Source of the DNA: an uncultured delta proteobacterium
GTDB lineage: Bacteria; Desulfobacterota; WTBG01; CAIYCZ01; CAIRTM01
Direction: 5' to 3'
NCBI GenBank assembly: GCA_963804955.1
Contig: CAWDSQ010000013.1
Coordinates: forward strand, 32,001 to 96,000
Length of the DNA stretch: 64,000 bases
The notes under the pieces are model-generated. The model saw nothing but the letters and a program-made list of their open reading frames with translations, was not told the DNA's origin and ran no database searches. Both the position numbers and the translations under genes were made by a program. Of the stretch, positions 41,708 through 52,470 are shown in pieces (position 1 is the stretch's first letter; each line of letters opens with the position of its first letter).

Positions 41708-42787
41708 ATGAGTCGAACAATGCAGTATATAGCTTTTTATTCCGTCTTTTTTACCGTGCTGTGGGGCATGCATCTGTATGTCGGGCTGCGCCTGGGCAGG
41801 CTGTACGGATGCCAGAACACCTGGGCTCTCATCGGCGCCTTCACGCTTGCCGCACTGAGCTTTCCCGTATTCAGCCTTCTTGAAAAATTCAACCCGACGC
41901 CGTTTTCCATGCTCCTCTACGGCGCAGCATCAGTCTGGCTGGGCGTGGTGTTTCTGCTGTTGAGCATTCTGCTTGCCTACGAAGTGCTTCGCTTTTTCAT
42001 ACCCCTGCAGCCCAAAACGGCAGCTTACGCGATTACCGGCATCGCAGTTGCGCTTTCCGTGTACGGCATTGTAAACGCGCTTTTTCTTACGGTTAAAACC
42101 ATCGACATTCCCATGCCGGGGCTTGAAAAACCCCTCAAAATCGTTCAGCTGTCGGACATTCATGTCGGCACTATCCACAATTCCGGTTTTCTCACCCGCA
42201 TCGTTGACAAAACAAATGCTCTTGCCCCCGACCTTGTGCTCATTACCGGCGATCTGTTCGACGGCATCGGCCCCGTTAACAGTCATACCGTGCAGCCTCT
42301 GGCAAAAATTAAAGCAAAAACATATTTTGTTATCGGCAATCATGAGCGGTATGACGATATGGAAAAAATACAGTCCATCCTTCCTGACGCCGGAGTTGAA
42401 ATACTGCGAAACCGCATAGTTGATTTCCGTGGCGTGCAGATCGTGGGGGTCGATGCTGCCAGGCGGGACGGGGAAAAAGGCAACCCGGTTGTCGGCACGC
42501 TGCCGATAGACCGTACCAGGCCCTCCATACTCATGTTCCACGTGCCTGTGGGCATAGAAGACGCTGTCAAAGCCGGCATTAATCTCCAGCTCTCGGGCCA
42601 CACGCATAACGGGCAGCTGTTTCCGTTTACGCTGTTTGCAAAGATGCTCTATGGTCACCTAAAAGGGCTCTACATCATTAACGGCATGCGCCTGTATGTT
42701 TCACCGGGCACGGGCACCTGGGGCCCGCCCATGCGCATCGGGTCGAGCAATGAAATAACCCTCATTAACCTCGTGCCGGAGCGATAG
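41708..42787 (+). CDS. Membrane-anchored metallophosphoesterase (YkuE/YaeI-like)
   Basis: N-terminal TMs; LSDIH, TGDLFD, GNHE, LSGHTHNGQ, GTWGPPMR. Confidence 0.92.
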   Translation: MSRTMQYIAFYSVFFTVLWGMHLYVGLRLGRLYGCQNTWALIGAFTLAALSFPVFSLLEKFNPTPFSMLLYGAASVWLGVVFLLLSILLAYEVLRFFIPLQPKTAAYAITGIAVALSVYGIVNALFLTVKTIDIPMPGLEKPLKIVQLSDIHVGTIHNSGFLTRIVDKTNALAPDLVLITGDLFDGIGPVNSHTVQPLAKIKAKTYFVIGNHERYDDMEKIQSILPDAGVEILRNRIVDFRGVQIVGVDAARRDGEKGNPVVGTLPIDRTRPSILMFHVPVGIEDAVKAGINLQLSGHTHNGQLFPFTLFAKMLYGHLKGLYIINGMRLYVSPGTGTWGPPMRIGSSNEITLINLVPER

Positions 42788-42850
42788 GGGCCTGCTCACA
42801 AAAAAAAGGGCGCCCGCCGCTACGGATGCCCTTTTGCCGCGCAGCTTTTT

Positions 42851-44735
42851 TTACTGCTTCGGCTTATGCCGTATCAACTCTCTGTAGTGTTCAAATTTGA
42901 ATTTCGGATCATCATCGGGCCCATGGCAGGTGCGGCATATCTGCTCGACCACACAGTTGTCGCATGAGCCGCCCAGGCTGACGATATAGTCCTGCCCCTT
43001 CTTCTGGGGCTCTTTCACATGCCGCTCGCCGGGCCCGTGGCATGCCTCGCACTGAACACCCTGCTCTGCCCGGGGCCGGATAGCCTCCGGGGCTGCCCGA
43101 CCCCGTGGTAAAACGATATTTTTTATCAGCAGGCGCCGATGCAGCAGCTGGTAAATTTGCCGCAGCTGCATGGGCTGTTTTTGACCATTGGGCATATTCC
43201 TGCTCATGGCACTTTTTGCATGATTCCGCCCCCGTATACGATGCCGGATTTCCAAAAAGATCTTTTTTGCGCTTATGCTCGCTCAACAGTTTCACTCGCT
43301 GCTCCCGGCTCATGGAAGCAATATCGGGTGCAGCGCTGTGCAGCACTTTCGGAAAGCGGCGGACAAAGTTGAAGTTGAGCGATTCCTTTTCCGTATGGCA
43401 TGACAGGCACAGGGCTTCCCATTCTTCTGCGCTTTTCTTCTGCGGCTTTGTGCCGGTAAAAGCCGAGCAGGCTTCATAGCCCGGGCCATGGCATGATTCG
43501 CACTGCACGCCTTCTAATGCCCGTGCATCCTTTTTGTCGTTTATGGCATAGCCGCCGGGCTTTCCCCAGCCCGTAACATGACAGCTCACGCAAGCCGGAT
43601 CATCCTCCTTGCCTTTACGCTGCAGCGATTTAAAAGCATAGGGGTGTCCGGTGAGGCTCCACTGTATATGCTCCTCCTCATGGCAAACCGCGCACCGGTC
43701 CTGGCCCGAATAGCCTTTGGTATTTAGAAGTGGCTTATTCGGAAGGCCACACAGCTTGCGCAGCTCCATAAGATACAAATCCATCATCCGGCCTGAAAAA
43801 CCTGTATGTTTGGCAACAATACGGCCCGAACGGTCTAGTATAAACCCCATCGGCACAACGCCGACAAAAGACGGAAACAGAGAGGAAATACTATTGCCCG
43901 TGTCCAGAACAACAGGAAAAGCATAGCGCTGCTCTTTGATGAACATGTTGGTCTGCTCCTGATTGAGACGGCTTACGGCAACAACAAAAAACTTGTCCTT
44001 AAATTCATCGCCAACCAGCAGGCTGTTAAGAAAGGTGAGCTCGTCACGGCAATGGCTGCATGTGGGAGAAAAGAAAACAATGACGACGGGCATCAAGGTA
44101 TAAAAATCTTTTATACTGATCAGCGTGCCGTCGACTTTCGGGAGATTAAATAAAGGAGCCATCGGCCTGTCGCCAAGAACCGGTTCGTCTGAAGGGATAA
44201 AGCCGGTCTTGATACTGCGGTTGACGAAGACATGCAGAGCCTGCGGGAAATTGCTCTGCGGCGGAATATTTGCAGCAGCCAGGCTGCCCATGAGCCCCCC
44301 CTGCTTGTTAAATATATACAGTGAAAGATCCCCCGCGAGATTCAGGTTCTTGGCTGCCGCTTTCTGATTTTCAAGAAGCAGGGGAAAAGTTGCATTCTGC
44401 AGCTGATTGAATTTCAGAACCTCATCAGTGCGGTTGTCATTGATATTGAGGCCAAGAACCTCAAAATTATATTCTCCTCTGATGCGATACATGTCCTGCA
44501 TAAACTTCACAGCCTCGCCTGCGCGGGGATTATCGATGGAATAGGCAAGAACCAGAACTGTTTTGCCCTTGAAGCGCTCTGCATCAAAGGGCGCGGACAC
44601 AGGCGGCCGGGGACTTAAGGACTTGACGGGTGCAGGTGGATTGACGGGAGCAGTGGCATAGGGCTGGGAAAAAGCGCTCTGCACGGATGGAAACAATAAC
44701 CATAAAAAAACAGCCGCGATAATTTTTTTTCTCAT
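42851..44735 (-). CDS. Exported fusion of two redoxin domains and c554-like multiheme cytochrome domains (7 CxxCH); frameshift near 43060
   Basis: Signal peptide; FSPTCSHC; CAVCH, CVSCH, CESCH, CLSCH, CKKCH, then CEACH and CRTCH in ORF 42851..43255. Confidence 0.85.
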
Positions 44736-44768
44736 GAGTACAAATCCTTAACGATTTAATTTCAAAAC

Positions 44769-44864
44769 ACTATAAATTCAAGCGTTTTTTTTGTCAAGCA
44801 GACCAGCGGTAGTCATGCTGCTGTGTACTGAAGCCTTGACGGCCAGTATTTCACAAAGTATAGT
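44769..44864. promoter_or_regulatory. Back-to-back divergent sigma70 promoters
   Basis: Minus: TTGACA(44797-44792)-17-TATAGT(44774-44769). Plus: TTGACG(44836-44841)-17-TATAGT(44859-44864). Confidence 0.65.
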
Positions 44865-44954
44865 GTCTCCTATACCATAAACCCGCAAACGTAGCTATTT
44901 CCCAAAAGAATAAAAATTTTTTAAAACTGAACATGCTTTCTGAAAGGACCTGTT

Positions 44955-45404
44955 ATGACGGCCATGCCCCCCTGCTGCTGCGCTCCCCCGGTAAAAACCT
45001 ACAGCACCTTTGAAGAGTTTCGGGAACTCGCCGTGCGGAGCCTTGATACCACGGAAAAATGCATTTACTACTGCGGCGCTGTTGAGAACCTTGCCGCTGT
45101 GTTTGATGAAGAGTTCGACAGGGGCTTTTACATACCGACACGGGCCAAGCGCGGCATCGCCCTGCAGATGCTCATACCGGACCGGCCCGAATTATATGAC
45201 TACAAAAACCGCGATGCCGGAGAAAACCGCGAGACGAGATTTCTGAGGCCCGACATGCCCATGGACACATCGTTCATGATCTATGACGACACGGTCATCT
45301 TCTTTTCCGATGCCGGTACTCGACGCGCCTTTGAAGTCACCTCGCCCTATGTTGCAAAAACCATGAAAGCTCTTTTCAACGATATCTGGCGCACCACACC
45401 CTAA
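44955..45404 (+). CDS. Protein resembling a TrmB-type C-terminal domain, no HTH
   Basis: YIPTRAKRGI, RETRFL, MIYDDTVIFFS, S..VAKTMKALFNDIW pattern. Confidence 0.55.
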   Translation: MTAMPPCCCAPPVKTYSTFEEFRELAVRSLDTTEKCIYYCGAVENLAAVFDEEFDRGFYIPTRAKRGIALQMLIPDRPELYDYKNRDAGENRETRFLRPDMPMDTSFMIYDDTVIFFSDAGTRRAFEVTSPYVAKTMKALFNDIWRTTP

Positions 45405-45424
45405 CCTCACTAAAGGATTACCGC

Positions 45425-45601
45425 ATGAAAATAATCGTCGATCCGACAAAATGCAAGGGCTCGCTTGAGTGCATCAAAACCTGCCCGCAGAAAGCAATAC
45501 AGCTGGTGAACGGCAAGGCTGTCATAGACCATTCAAAATGCGACGGTGATGGAATCTGCATACCGGCCTGCCCCAATGGCGCTATTCAGCCGGAAAAATA
45601 A
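45425..45601 (+). CDS. Small dicluster-type ferredoxin (58 aa)
   Basis: Hand translation, not in ORF track: MKIIVDPTKCKGSLECIKTCPQKAIQLVNGKAVIDHSKCDGDGICIPACPNGAIQPEK*; AAGGA RBS. Confidence 0.9.
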   Translation: MKIIVDPTKCKGSLECIKTCPQKAIQLVNGKAVIDHSKCDGDGICIPACPNGAIQPEK

Positions 45602-45793
45602 GCCCTCTGCGGAAAAGCCCAGCCGGCAAAATCCTCCCAGGAGACAACACGGCGGCTTGTTGCAGCAGCGGCTTTCATTTTCTGCGGAGGACGGCCTCAG
45701 CGTGGCAAGCCAGAGGCGCTTACCTCCACCAAATTATTAGAATTTTATTTTAACTATATGAAATAGCTTTATTTTTTTTTAAGCAAAAAATTA

Positions 45794-45916
45794 CGCTGCA
45801 AGCAGCGGGGCAGTGAAGGCATTTCATCATGCCGAACTTTATCCGGCATGCGGTCTTGCTTTTTTCTGGATTCCGGCCTTCGACGACATGACTGGATGCG
45901 CTGCACGCTGCGGGGG
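45794..45916 (+). repeat. Degenerate palindrome-ended miniature element enclosing a REP-like pair
   Basis: cgctgcaagcagcgggg ... tcatgccgaactttatccggcat ... ctggattccggccttcgacgacatgac ... cgctgcacgctgcggggg. Confidence 0.45.
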
Positions 45917-45927
45917 ACGTAACATAT

Positions 45928-45969
45928 AAAAAAAAGAGCCTGCCGATCAGAACCCGGCAGGCTCTTTTT
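45928..45969. terminator. Bidirectional intrinsic terminator
   Basis: aaaaagagcctgccg-loop-cggcaggctcttttt between convergent genes. Confidence 0.85.
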
Positions 45970-45985
45970 GTACATACGTAAAAAA

Positions 45986-46294
45986 TCAATCGCCATAGAC
46001 GGTGGTGGTGTATTTACCGATAACGCCAAGAATGCTTTCAGTATGATAGTCGACGTACTTGATCGTTTTGATATTACCGTTCTTCACTGCGGTCTGAATG
46101 CTGGCATCGCCGGTTGCAACCATGCCAAGTATCGATGAAGCTTCAGCCTTTCCTACCTTTGAATACCCCACAGGCCCGCCACCTGCGGAAATACCGGCGG
46201 AGACATTAGTGTAAATGACCCCCATCGGCTGATATGATGCGCAGCCCCCAAAAACAAACCCTGTTAAAATAACAATTGCCATCAACTTTTTCAT
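45986..46294 (-). CDS. TRL-like family lipoprotein
   Basis: Lipobox FGGC; KVGKA..SSILG.VATGDASI..A..NG.I..I..VD...SILG......T.VYG. Confidence 0.8.
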   Translation of the reverse strand: MKKLMAIVILTGFVFGGCASYQPMGVIYTNVSAGISAGGGPVGYSKVGKAEASSILGMVATGDASIQTAVKNGNIKTIKYVDYHTESILGVIGKYTTTVYGD

Positions 46295-46456
46295 ATGTAC
46301 CTCCCTCATTAAAATAATGGATTCTATAATCGATAAACCCTATGTTTCGTTTTCATAGTTTATTATTTCTGAAAATTCAACTTTATTTCATTTACTGAGG
46401 ACAAATACTCACCTCAATAAATACTAAAGTTCTTCTGTTAAAATTGTTACACGCAA

Positions 46457-46714
46457 GTCAACAAACATCCGCATAGCGGGTGGCTTGATTGCGCCCTGAA
46501 AGGGCGGAAGCAAAAAACACGGCGTGTTTGAGTTGCCTTCTTGAGGGAACCCTCGCCATAGAGGCTGTGTCATAATTCATGAAACTGTTGTTAGACTCTG
46601 TTTTTCGGAGAGGTCGGACCCCTCAAAATCAAAAATAATTGATTGTAGGGCAAATAACAAAGGCCTCGTTTTTTCGACAATCAATTTATGACACAGCCTC
46701 ATAGGCGATGGTTT
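46457..46714 (+). mobile_element. IS200/IS605-like miniature element, interrupted by the MITE below
   Basis: Left end gtcaacaaacatccgcatagcgggtggcttg plus cgccctgaaagggcg; right hairpin reconstructs as cctcgccataggcgatgg. Confidence 0.55.
46561..46700. mobile_element. 140-bp MITE with 15-bp terminal inverted repeats and ATA target duplication (IS1182/IS5-like ends)
   Basis: gaggctgtgtcataa (46561-46575) / ttatgacacagcctc (46686-46700); ata on both flanks. Confidence 0.85.
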
Positions 46715-46895
46715 TCGAAAGACAATAAAGCTTGCGTATCGGCTCTGCCAGTGGTTGGTCACATGTCTTTCGCCTGTATACATAAAAAATGTTTGCTGCC
46801 AATACAGGGATATATGATCTCGATATTGACAAAGAGCCCTTTAAGAGTTAAACAATTAGAAATTAAACTATTTACAAGTTAAAGAAAGGAGCGCC

Positions 46896-47579
46896 ATGAC
46901 GTGGGACACAGATGAAATTAAAAACCCGCTACTAGCTGTTTCGCGACGGGACTTTATCAAGTTTTCGGGAATGGCAATCGTGGGCGTATATGTGGCTGGC
47001 TGCACCCCCGGGTTGGGCTTGAAAAAAGCCTCATGGGGGTTCATCCTTGTCGATATGAATAAATGCCAGGGCTGCCAGTCCTGCATGCTTGCCTGCTCGC
47101 TTGTTCACGAGGGCGCCTTGAGCCTTTCCTCCTCGCGCATACAGGTGCTGAGCGACCCCTATGGCAAGGTTCCCGATGACATAACAATCTCGCAATGCCG
47201 CCAGTGCACGAAACCGGCCTGCCTTAAAGCCTGCCCCACGGGTGCCCTTGCCCGTGATCACAAGCACGGCAATGTTGCCACCATTGACCCTGCAAAATGC
47301 ATCGGCTGCCAAAAATGCATCAATGCCTGCTCCTGGGCGCCGGCACGTGCTGTCTGGAACAATGAAACAGGGAAATCGCAAAAATGCGACCTGTGCGCTA
47401 GTGCGTCACACTGGGATGAAACAGGCGGACCAAAGGGCAAAAAGGCCTGCGTAGAAATATGCCCGATGGGAGCAATCGCCTTTTCACATATCATACCCGC
47501 GCAGGATGATCCGGACAGCTACAATGTCGATCTGGACAACGCTACCGTCCAGGCACCTGATGCTGCCCGCGCAGTGTGA
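46896..47579 (+). CDS. Tat-signal 4Fe-4S dicluster protein (YdhY/DmsB-like)
   Basis: SRRDFIK; CQGCQSC..AC, CRQC..PAC..ACP, CIGCQKC..AC, KCDLC...ACVEICP. Confidence 0.9.
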   Translation: MTWDTDEIKNPLLAVSRRDFIKFSGMAIVGVYVAGCTPGLGLKKASWGFILVDMNKCQGCQSCMLACSLVHEGALSLSSSRIQVLSDPYGKVPDDITISQCRQCTKPACLKACPTGALARDHKHGNVATIDPAKCIGCQKCINACSWAPARAVWNNETGKSQKCDLCASASHWDETGGPKGKKACVEICPMGAIAFSHIIPAQDDPDSYNVDLDNATVQAPDAARAV

Positions 47580-47659
47580 TCCAAAAGGCCAACATGAGCG
47601 AGCGTCAGTAGCGCAAGCTTAGCTATACCCTAATGCAACTCACAGTGGAGGACTTCGAT

Positions 47660-49747
47660 ATGAACGGCTATGCAGGAAAGCTGCTCAGAATTAATTTAAC
47701 AACCAACGCCATTACTGAAATAGCCACAAGCGATTATATGCAGTGGGGCGGCGGTCATGGAATTGGCTCAGCCATTTTTTTCGATCTTGTCCCCGATAAA
47801 ACAATCAGCTGGCATGACCCGGCAAATGTCGTCACCATTATGACATCGCCCCTGTCTGGCACCCTGACACCGGGCTGTTCGTCACGATCCGAAGTGCAGG
47901 GCATCGGCTCGCAGGCTTACCCCTACAGTTGGTTTACCAGAAGCGGCTTTGGCGGCCGGTTTTCATCCATGCTGAAATTTGCAGGCTGGGACGGTGTGAT
48001 TATTGAAGGCGCCGCAGCCAGCCCCGTGTGGATCGATATCAGAAACGATTCTGTCGTTATCCGAAGTTGCTCAGACCTGACCCTCTGGGGCAGGGACACC
48101 TGGGATTGCCAGGCAACCATTTGGAACTATGTGCGCGGAACAGACAATACCAGTGCCTGGAGCAGCCCGCAGTCAGGCTCCGGCGGCCGCACTACGCAGC
48201 GCCCGGCTGTGCTTGCCATAGGGCCTGCCGGCGAAAATCTCAGCTGTTCGGCCGCTCTCATCCACGATGCAGCCTGTGCCTCGGGACAGGGCGGCTTTGG
48301 CGCTGTCTGGGGCTCAAAAAAACTGAAGGCCATTAGCGTTATCGGCACGGGAAGCATCCCTGTTTACGACCCCAAGGCGCTTATAAAAACACGCATCGAT
48401 CATGTGCGCAAGTATGCCAATCATGCCGACAACCCCATTCCCATCTCCATTCCGAACAATTTTCAAAGCCCGCCGGGCGCCGGGGTGGTATGGGAGATGA
48501 TACCTGGATTCAACCATACTTCAGGCAAGCGGCCTTCGGCTTGCATCGGCTGTCACACTGCCTGCAAGTTGCGCTATGCGGACGGGCTTGGAAATGATGC
48601 TGTCTGTTCGGATTCCGCATTTTATCTGTCTGGGAGCACAAAGCCCTGATATCGCCTATCGCGCCACTGACCTTTTGAATAAATTAGGAATCAATTCCCT
48701 GGAGGCATTCTATTGTATGAATTATATCAGGGCACTGCTCGATCAGGGTATTATCGGCCCCGGAACTGCTATCGACTGCCCAATCACCTTTAATAATTTC
48801 GGCACCTATGAGTTTATCGAGCAATTTTTGAAAATGCTGGCCTATGGCGACGACGGGCTTGGAAACACTTCACAGTTCGGTCAGGACATCGCTCAGGGCG
48901 CCCTGCGGGCCGCTGCAAAATGGGGCAGGCTCGATGAGGACCTCGCTTCAGGTCTGCTAAACTACCCCTACTGGGGATACCCGTATCATTATGACCCACG
49001 CGCGCAGCTTGAGTGGGGATACGGCTCAATTCTCGGTGACCGGGACATAAATGAACATTGCATTTACCGGCTGAAATACCTGGGCGCCGGGGCTTTTTAC
49101 GGCAAGGATTCAGCTCCCATTACTGCGCAGCAAGTTGTGAACATTCTACTCGCCAAGATGGCTCCATTTGACGACGACGAGCTTATACTTGATTTCAGCC
49201 AGGAGAATATGTATTCCGGGCACATGGCAAAATTTGTTTCGTGGCACCGTTATTATACGCGATTCTGGAAGCAGTCGATGCTCTTCTGTGATTCGCGCTG
49301 GCCGGATTTCGTGAACTCGTATGCAGATGATTTTGTCGGCTCCACGGGGCAGGCAGAACCAGCGTATCTCAAGGCCGTGACCGGCAATGAATTTTCATTT
49401 GCCGACGGCATCGAACTGGGCAAAAAAATCTGGAATCTTGATCATGCCATCTGGACCCTGCAGGGGCGCCATCGCGACATGGTGAACTTTTCCGACTATT
49501 ATTATACGGACACCTTTAATGAGCACGAGTAAGGACTATCTTGGTAAAGTCGGTGGCGACATGGACCTTCATAAGCGCTGAAGGAAGAACGGTTGACCGG
49601 GTAAAATTCGAAGAGTTTAAAACGGCATTTTATGCGCTGCAGGGCTGGGATACGGCTTCGGGCTATCCGACCAGAGCAGCACTGGAATCACTCGGCATGA
49701 AAAGTGTTGCCGATGAACTTGAGGCAAAAGGAAAGCTCGGCGCGTAA
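47660..49747 (+). CDS. Aldehyde:ferredoxin oxidoreductase family (YdhV-like); frameshifts near 48635 and 49520-49560
   Basis: GYAGKLLRINL, LKFAGWDG, IGPAGEN, GAVWGSKKLKAI, ACIGC..AC, FYALQGWD..SGYPT..LE.LG. Confidence 0.88.
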
Positions 49748-49768
49748 AAGCCATGCACTGGCAGTGTA

Positions 49769-50779
49769 TCAGGCCCCTGCCCTGCCGCGGGCCATCGCAA
49801 CTGCCATTTTAATGGCGCTGACTAAGCTTGCCGGATTTGCAATACCTTTGCCGGCAATGTCATAGGCCGTGCCGTGGTCAACCGAGGTGCGGATGATGGG
49901 AAGGCCGAGGGTGACGTTCACCCCCGTATCAAAATGCAGGAGCTTCAGCGGAATCAGCCCCTGGTCATGATACATGCAGACAACAGCATCATAGCGGCCC
50001 CGGGCAGCATAATAAAAAAGGGTGTCTGCCGGCATTGGACCGACGGCATCGATCCCGAGCCGACAGGCTTCAGCCACCGCAGGAGCTATCACATTTTTCT
50101 CCTCCTCACCGAACAGCCCGCCCTCCCCTGCATGAGGATTAATCCCCGCAACAGCAAGACGCGGATTTTTGCCTCCAAGCATTTTCTTCAGACTCTCGTG
50201 TGTTATCGTAATTGTCTTGAGGATTTTTTCAGTGGTGAGTAACTTTGGAACATCAGCATAGGCGCAGTGTATGGTCGCCAGCACCACACGCAGGGTGTCG
50301 CCGGCAAGCATCATAACTACATCTTTTGTACCGGTCAGTTCAGCAAGCATCTCGGTATGGCCGGGATAGTTGTAGCCGGCATCCTGCAGTACCATTTTAT
50401 TTATAGGCGCAGTGACAATAGCATCAATCTTTGCGGCCTTTGCCATGGCAACCGCCTCGATGATGCACTCGGCCATTGCCTTGCCGCCCGCAGGGACAGG
50501 TTTTCCGTACAGTATTTCAGAAGCATTGAGGCGTGAAACTTCAATCAGCGCTGGAGAACCGGGTGAGAAAGAGGCTTTTTCAGGAGAGACGGCAGTTTCA
50601 AAAGCACAGGGCAGTCCAAGCCGGGCTGCTTCCCGTTCAAGGATGTTTTTATCGCCGAAGATTACAGGACGGCAAACGGAAGTGACGTCCGATTCCAGCA
50701 GGGCTTTTATGATAATCTCAGGCCCGATACCGGAAGGGTCGCCCATGGTAATGCCGATAACAGGCAGTTTATCAGACAT
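49769..50779 (-). CDS. pdxA: 4-hydroxythreonine-4-phosphate dehydrogenase
   Basis: ITMGDPSGIGPEI, TAPINK, GHTE, NPHAGE, MYHDQGL, RTSVDHGTA. Confidence 0.95.
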   Translation of the reverse strand: MSDKLPVIGITMGDPSGIGPEIIIKALLESDVTSVCRPVIFGDKNILEREAARLGLPCAFETAVSPEKASFSPGSPALIEVSRLNASEILYGKPVPAGGKAMAECIIEAVAMAKAAKIDAIVTAPINKMVLQDAGYNYPGHTEMLAELTGTKDVVMMLAGDTLRVVLATIHCAYADVPKLLTTEKILKTITITHESLKKMLGGKNPRLAVAGINPHAGEGGLFGEEEKNVIAPAVAEACRLGIDAVGPMPADTLFYYAARGRYDAVVCMYHDQGLIPLKLLHFDTGVNVTLGLPIIRTSVDHGTAYDIAGKGIANPASLVSAIKMAVAMARGRAGA

Positions 50780-50822
50780 AATGCCACCACAAAAGAAGCC
50801 GGGGCGACGCCCCGACTTCGGC

Positions 50823-51173
50823 CTATTCAGCTTTTGCTTTCCTGCTCTTTTTTTCAGCAATGCCGGAAACGCCCCAGCGGCGTTGCAACTCGGCATAGAC
50901 TTCATCAGGCTCTATTTCCCACTGACCCAGCAGCACCATAGTATGAAAAATAAGGTCAGCGGTTTCGTGGACAATGTGCTCGCGCCCGCCAAGCTCGGAT
51001 GCCTCGATCAGCTCGCCGGCTTCCTCGGCTATCTTGGCATGCATCTTCTCTGTACCTTTGGCAAAAAGCGAGGCCACATAGGAATCGGGCCGGGGATGTG
51101 CCTTTCGCTCCAGTATGACCGAGTACAGCCGGTCCAGAACTGCGGCATCACTTTTTATAGACTGCTTCTTCAT
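50823..51173 (-). CDS. hisE: Phosphoribosyl-ATP diphosphatase
   Basis: [25 protein letters not shown]. Confidence 0.93.
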   Translation of the reverse strand: MKKQSIKSDAAVLDRLYSVILERKAHPRPDSYVASLFAKGTEKMHAKIAEEAGELIEASELGGREHIVHETADLIFHTMVLLGQWEIEPDEVYAELQRRWGVSGIAEKKSRKAKAE

Positions 51174-51534
51174 CAAAAAGCTTCTCCCCGATCTCGTCAA
51201 ATGAGGCGCCGTTCCACTTGCGGTAGAAACATGAGCGGTACCCGGTGTGGCATGCCGCTACAATTTGCTCGACCTTCATGAGAATGCAGTCGGCGTCGCA
51301 GTCGACAAAAACTTCCTTGACCTGCTGCGTATGGCCTGAAGATTCGCCTTTCATCCAGTATTTTTGACGCGAGCGGCTCCAAAAATGTGTTTTCCCGGTT
51401 TCAAGGGTGGATTTAAGGGACTCCCGATTCATGTAGGCAACCATCAGCAGTTCGCCGTTCTGATAATCCTGAACCACCACGGGCACCAGCCCGTTTGCAT
51501 CGTACTTTACCGCATCCAAAATTTCCATAGCCAT
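51148..51534 (-). CDS. hisI: Phosphoribosyl-AMP cyclohydrolase
   Basis: WSRSRQ..W.KGESSG, DCDAD, ACHTG..SCF. Confidence 0.95.
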   Translation of the reverse strand: MAMEILDAVKYDANGLVPVVVQDYQNGELLMVAYMNRESLKSTLETGKTHFWSRSRQKYWMKGESSGHTQQVKEVFVDCDADCILMKVEQIVAACHTGYRSCFYRKWNGASFDEIGEKLFDEEAVYKK

Positions 51535-51605
51535 TGTCTCCAAAAAAATATTTAATGTGTCCGCTGTGGCGGAATAATTTTACAGTAGCAGTCAGCGTAA
51601 TAAGG

Positions 51606-52383
51606 TTATACCAGCCGTACCGGAACCCCCCTTGCATGCAGGTACTGCTTGACCTCCCTGATAGAGTGCGTGCGGTAGTGAAAAATAGAGGCTGCCAGCA
51701 CTGCATCAGCCTCGCCCTGCACGATACCGTCATACAGATGCTCCATGGTTCCCACCCCTCCCGAGGCTATTACCGGTATGGTGACGGCCCGGGCTATTGC
51801 CTGCGTCATGGGCAGATCAAAGCCTTCCTGCGTGCCGTCGCGGTCCATGCTGGTAAGCAGTATCTCTCCAGAGCCCAAGGCTTCCATCTTTCGGGCCCAG
51901 GCAACTGCATCGATGCCGGTAGGGGTTCTGCCGCCATGGATGAAAACCTCCCACGGGCTTTCGGTGTCGCTGCCGGCACGGGTCCGCTTGGCATCTACTG
52001 CCACCACGATGCACTGGCTGCCGAACTTTTCCGCGGCAGCCCGCACAAAGTCAGGATTATTGACCGCGGCGGTATTTATGGACACCTTATCAGCACCCGC
52101 ATTGAGAAGATTGCGTATGTCATCAAGATCACGAATGCCGCCGCCAACCGTCACCGGCATAAACACCTCGGCGGCCGTGCGTTCAACCACTTCCAGAATG
52201 ATATCTGCGGCGCTCATGGGAAGCGGTGATGTCGAGAAACACCAGCTCATCAGCGCCCTCGGCATCGTAAAATTTGGCATTGTCGACCGGGTCGCCGGCA
52301 TCGCGCAAATTGACGAAATTGACGCCTTTTACCACACGGCCGTCTTTCACGTCGAGGCAGGGAATGATACGTTTTGCAAGCAT
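51606..52383 (-). CDS. hisF: Imidazole glycerol phosphate synthase cyclase subunit; frameshift near 52215
   Basis: [27 protein letters not shown] then [21 protein letters not shown]. Confidence 0.95.
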
Positions 52384-52470
52384 AAAAAAGTTTTATTGGT
52401 TAAGTTGGTTTTATTGGTTCATTGGTTGAACAAATCCAACCAATTCAACTAATCGAACAAATCAAACTAA

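Noticed and set aside
49500..49560. Stop-codon readthrough (Sec/Pyl) in the AOR-like gene
   Set aside because: The stop is TAA and is better explained by local indels.
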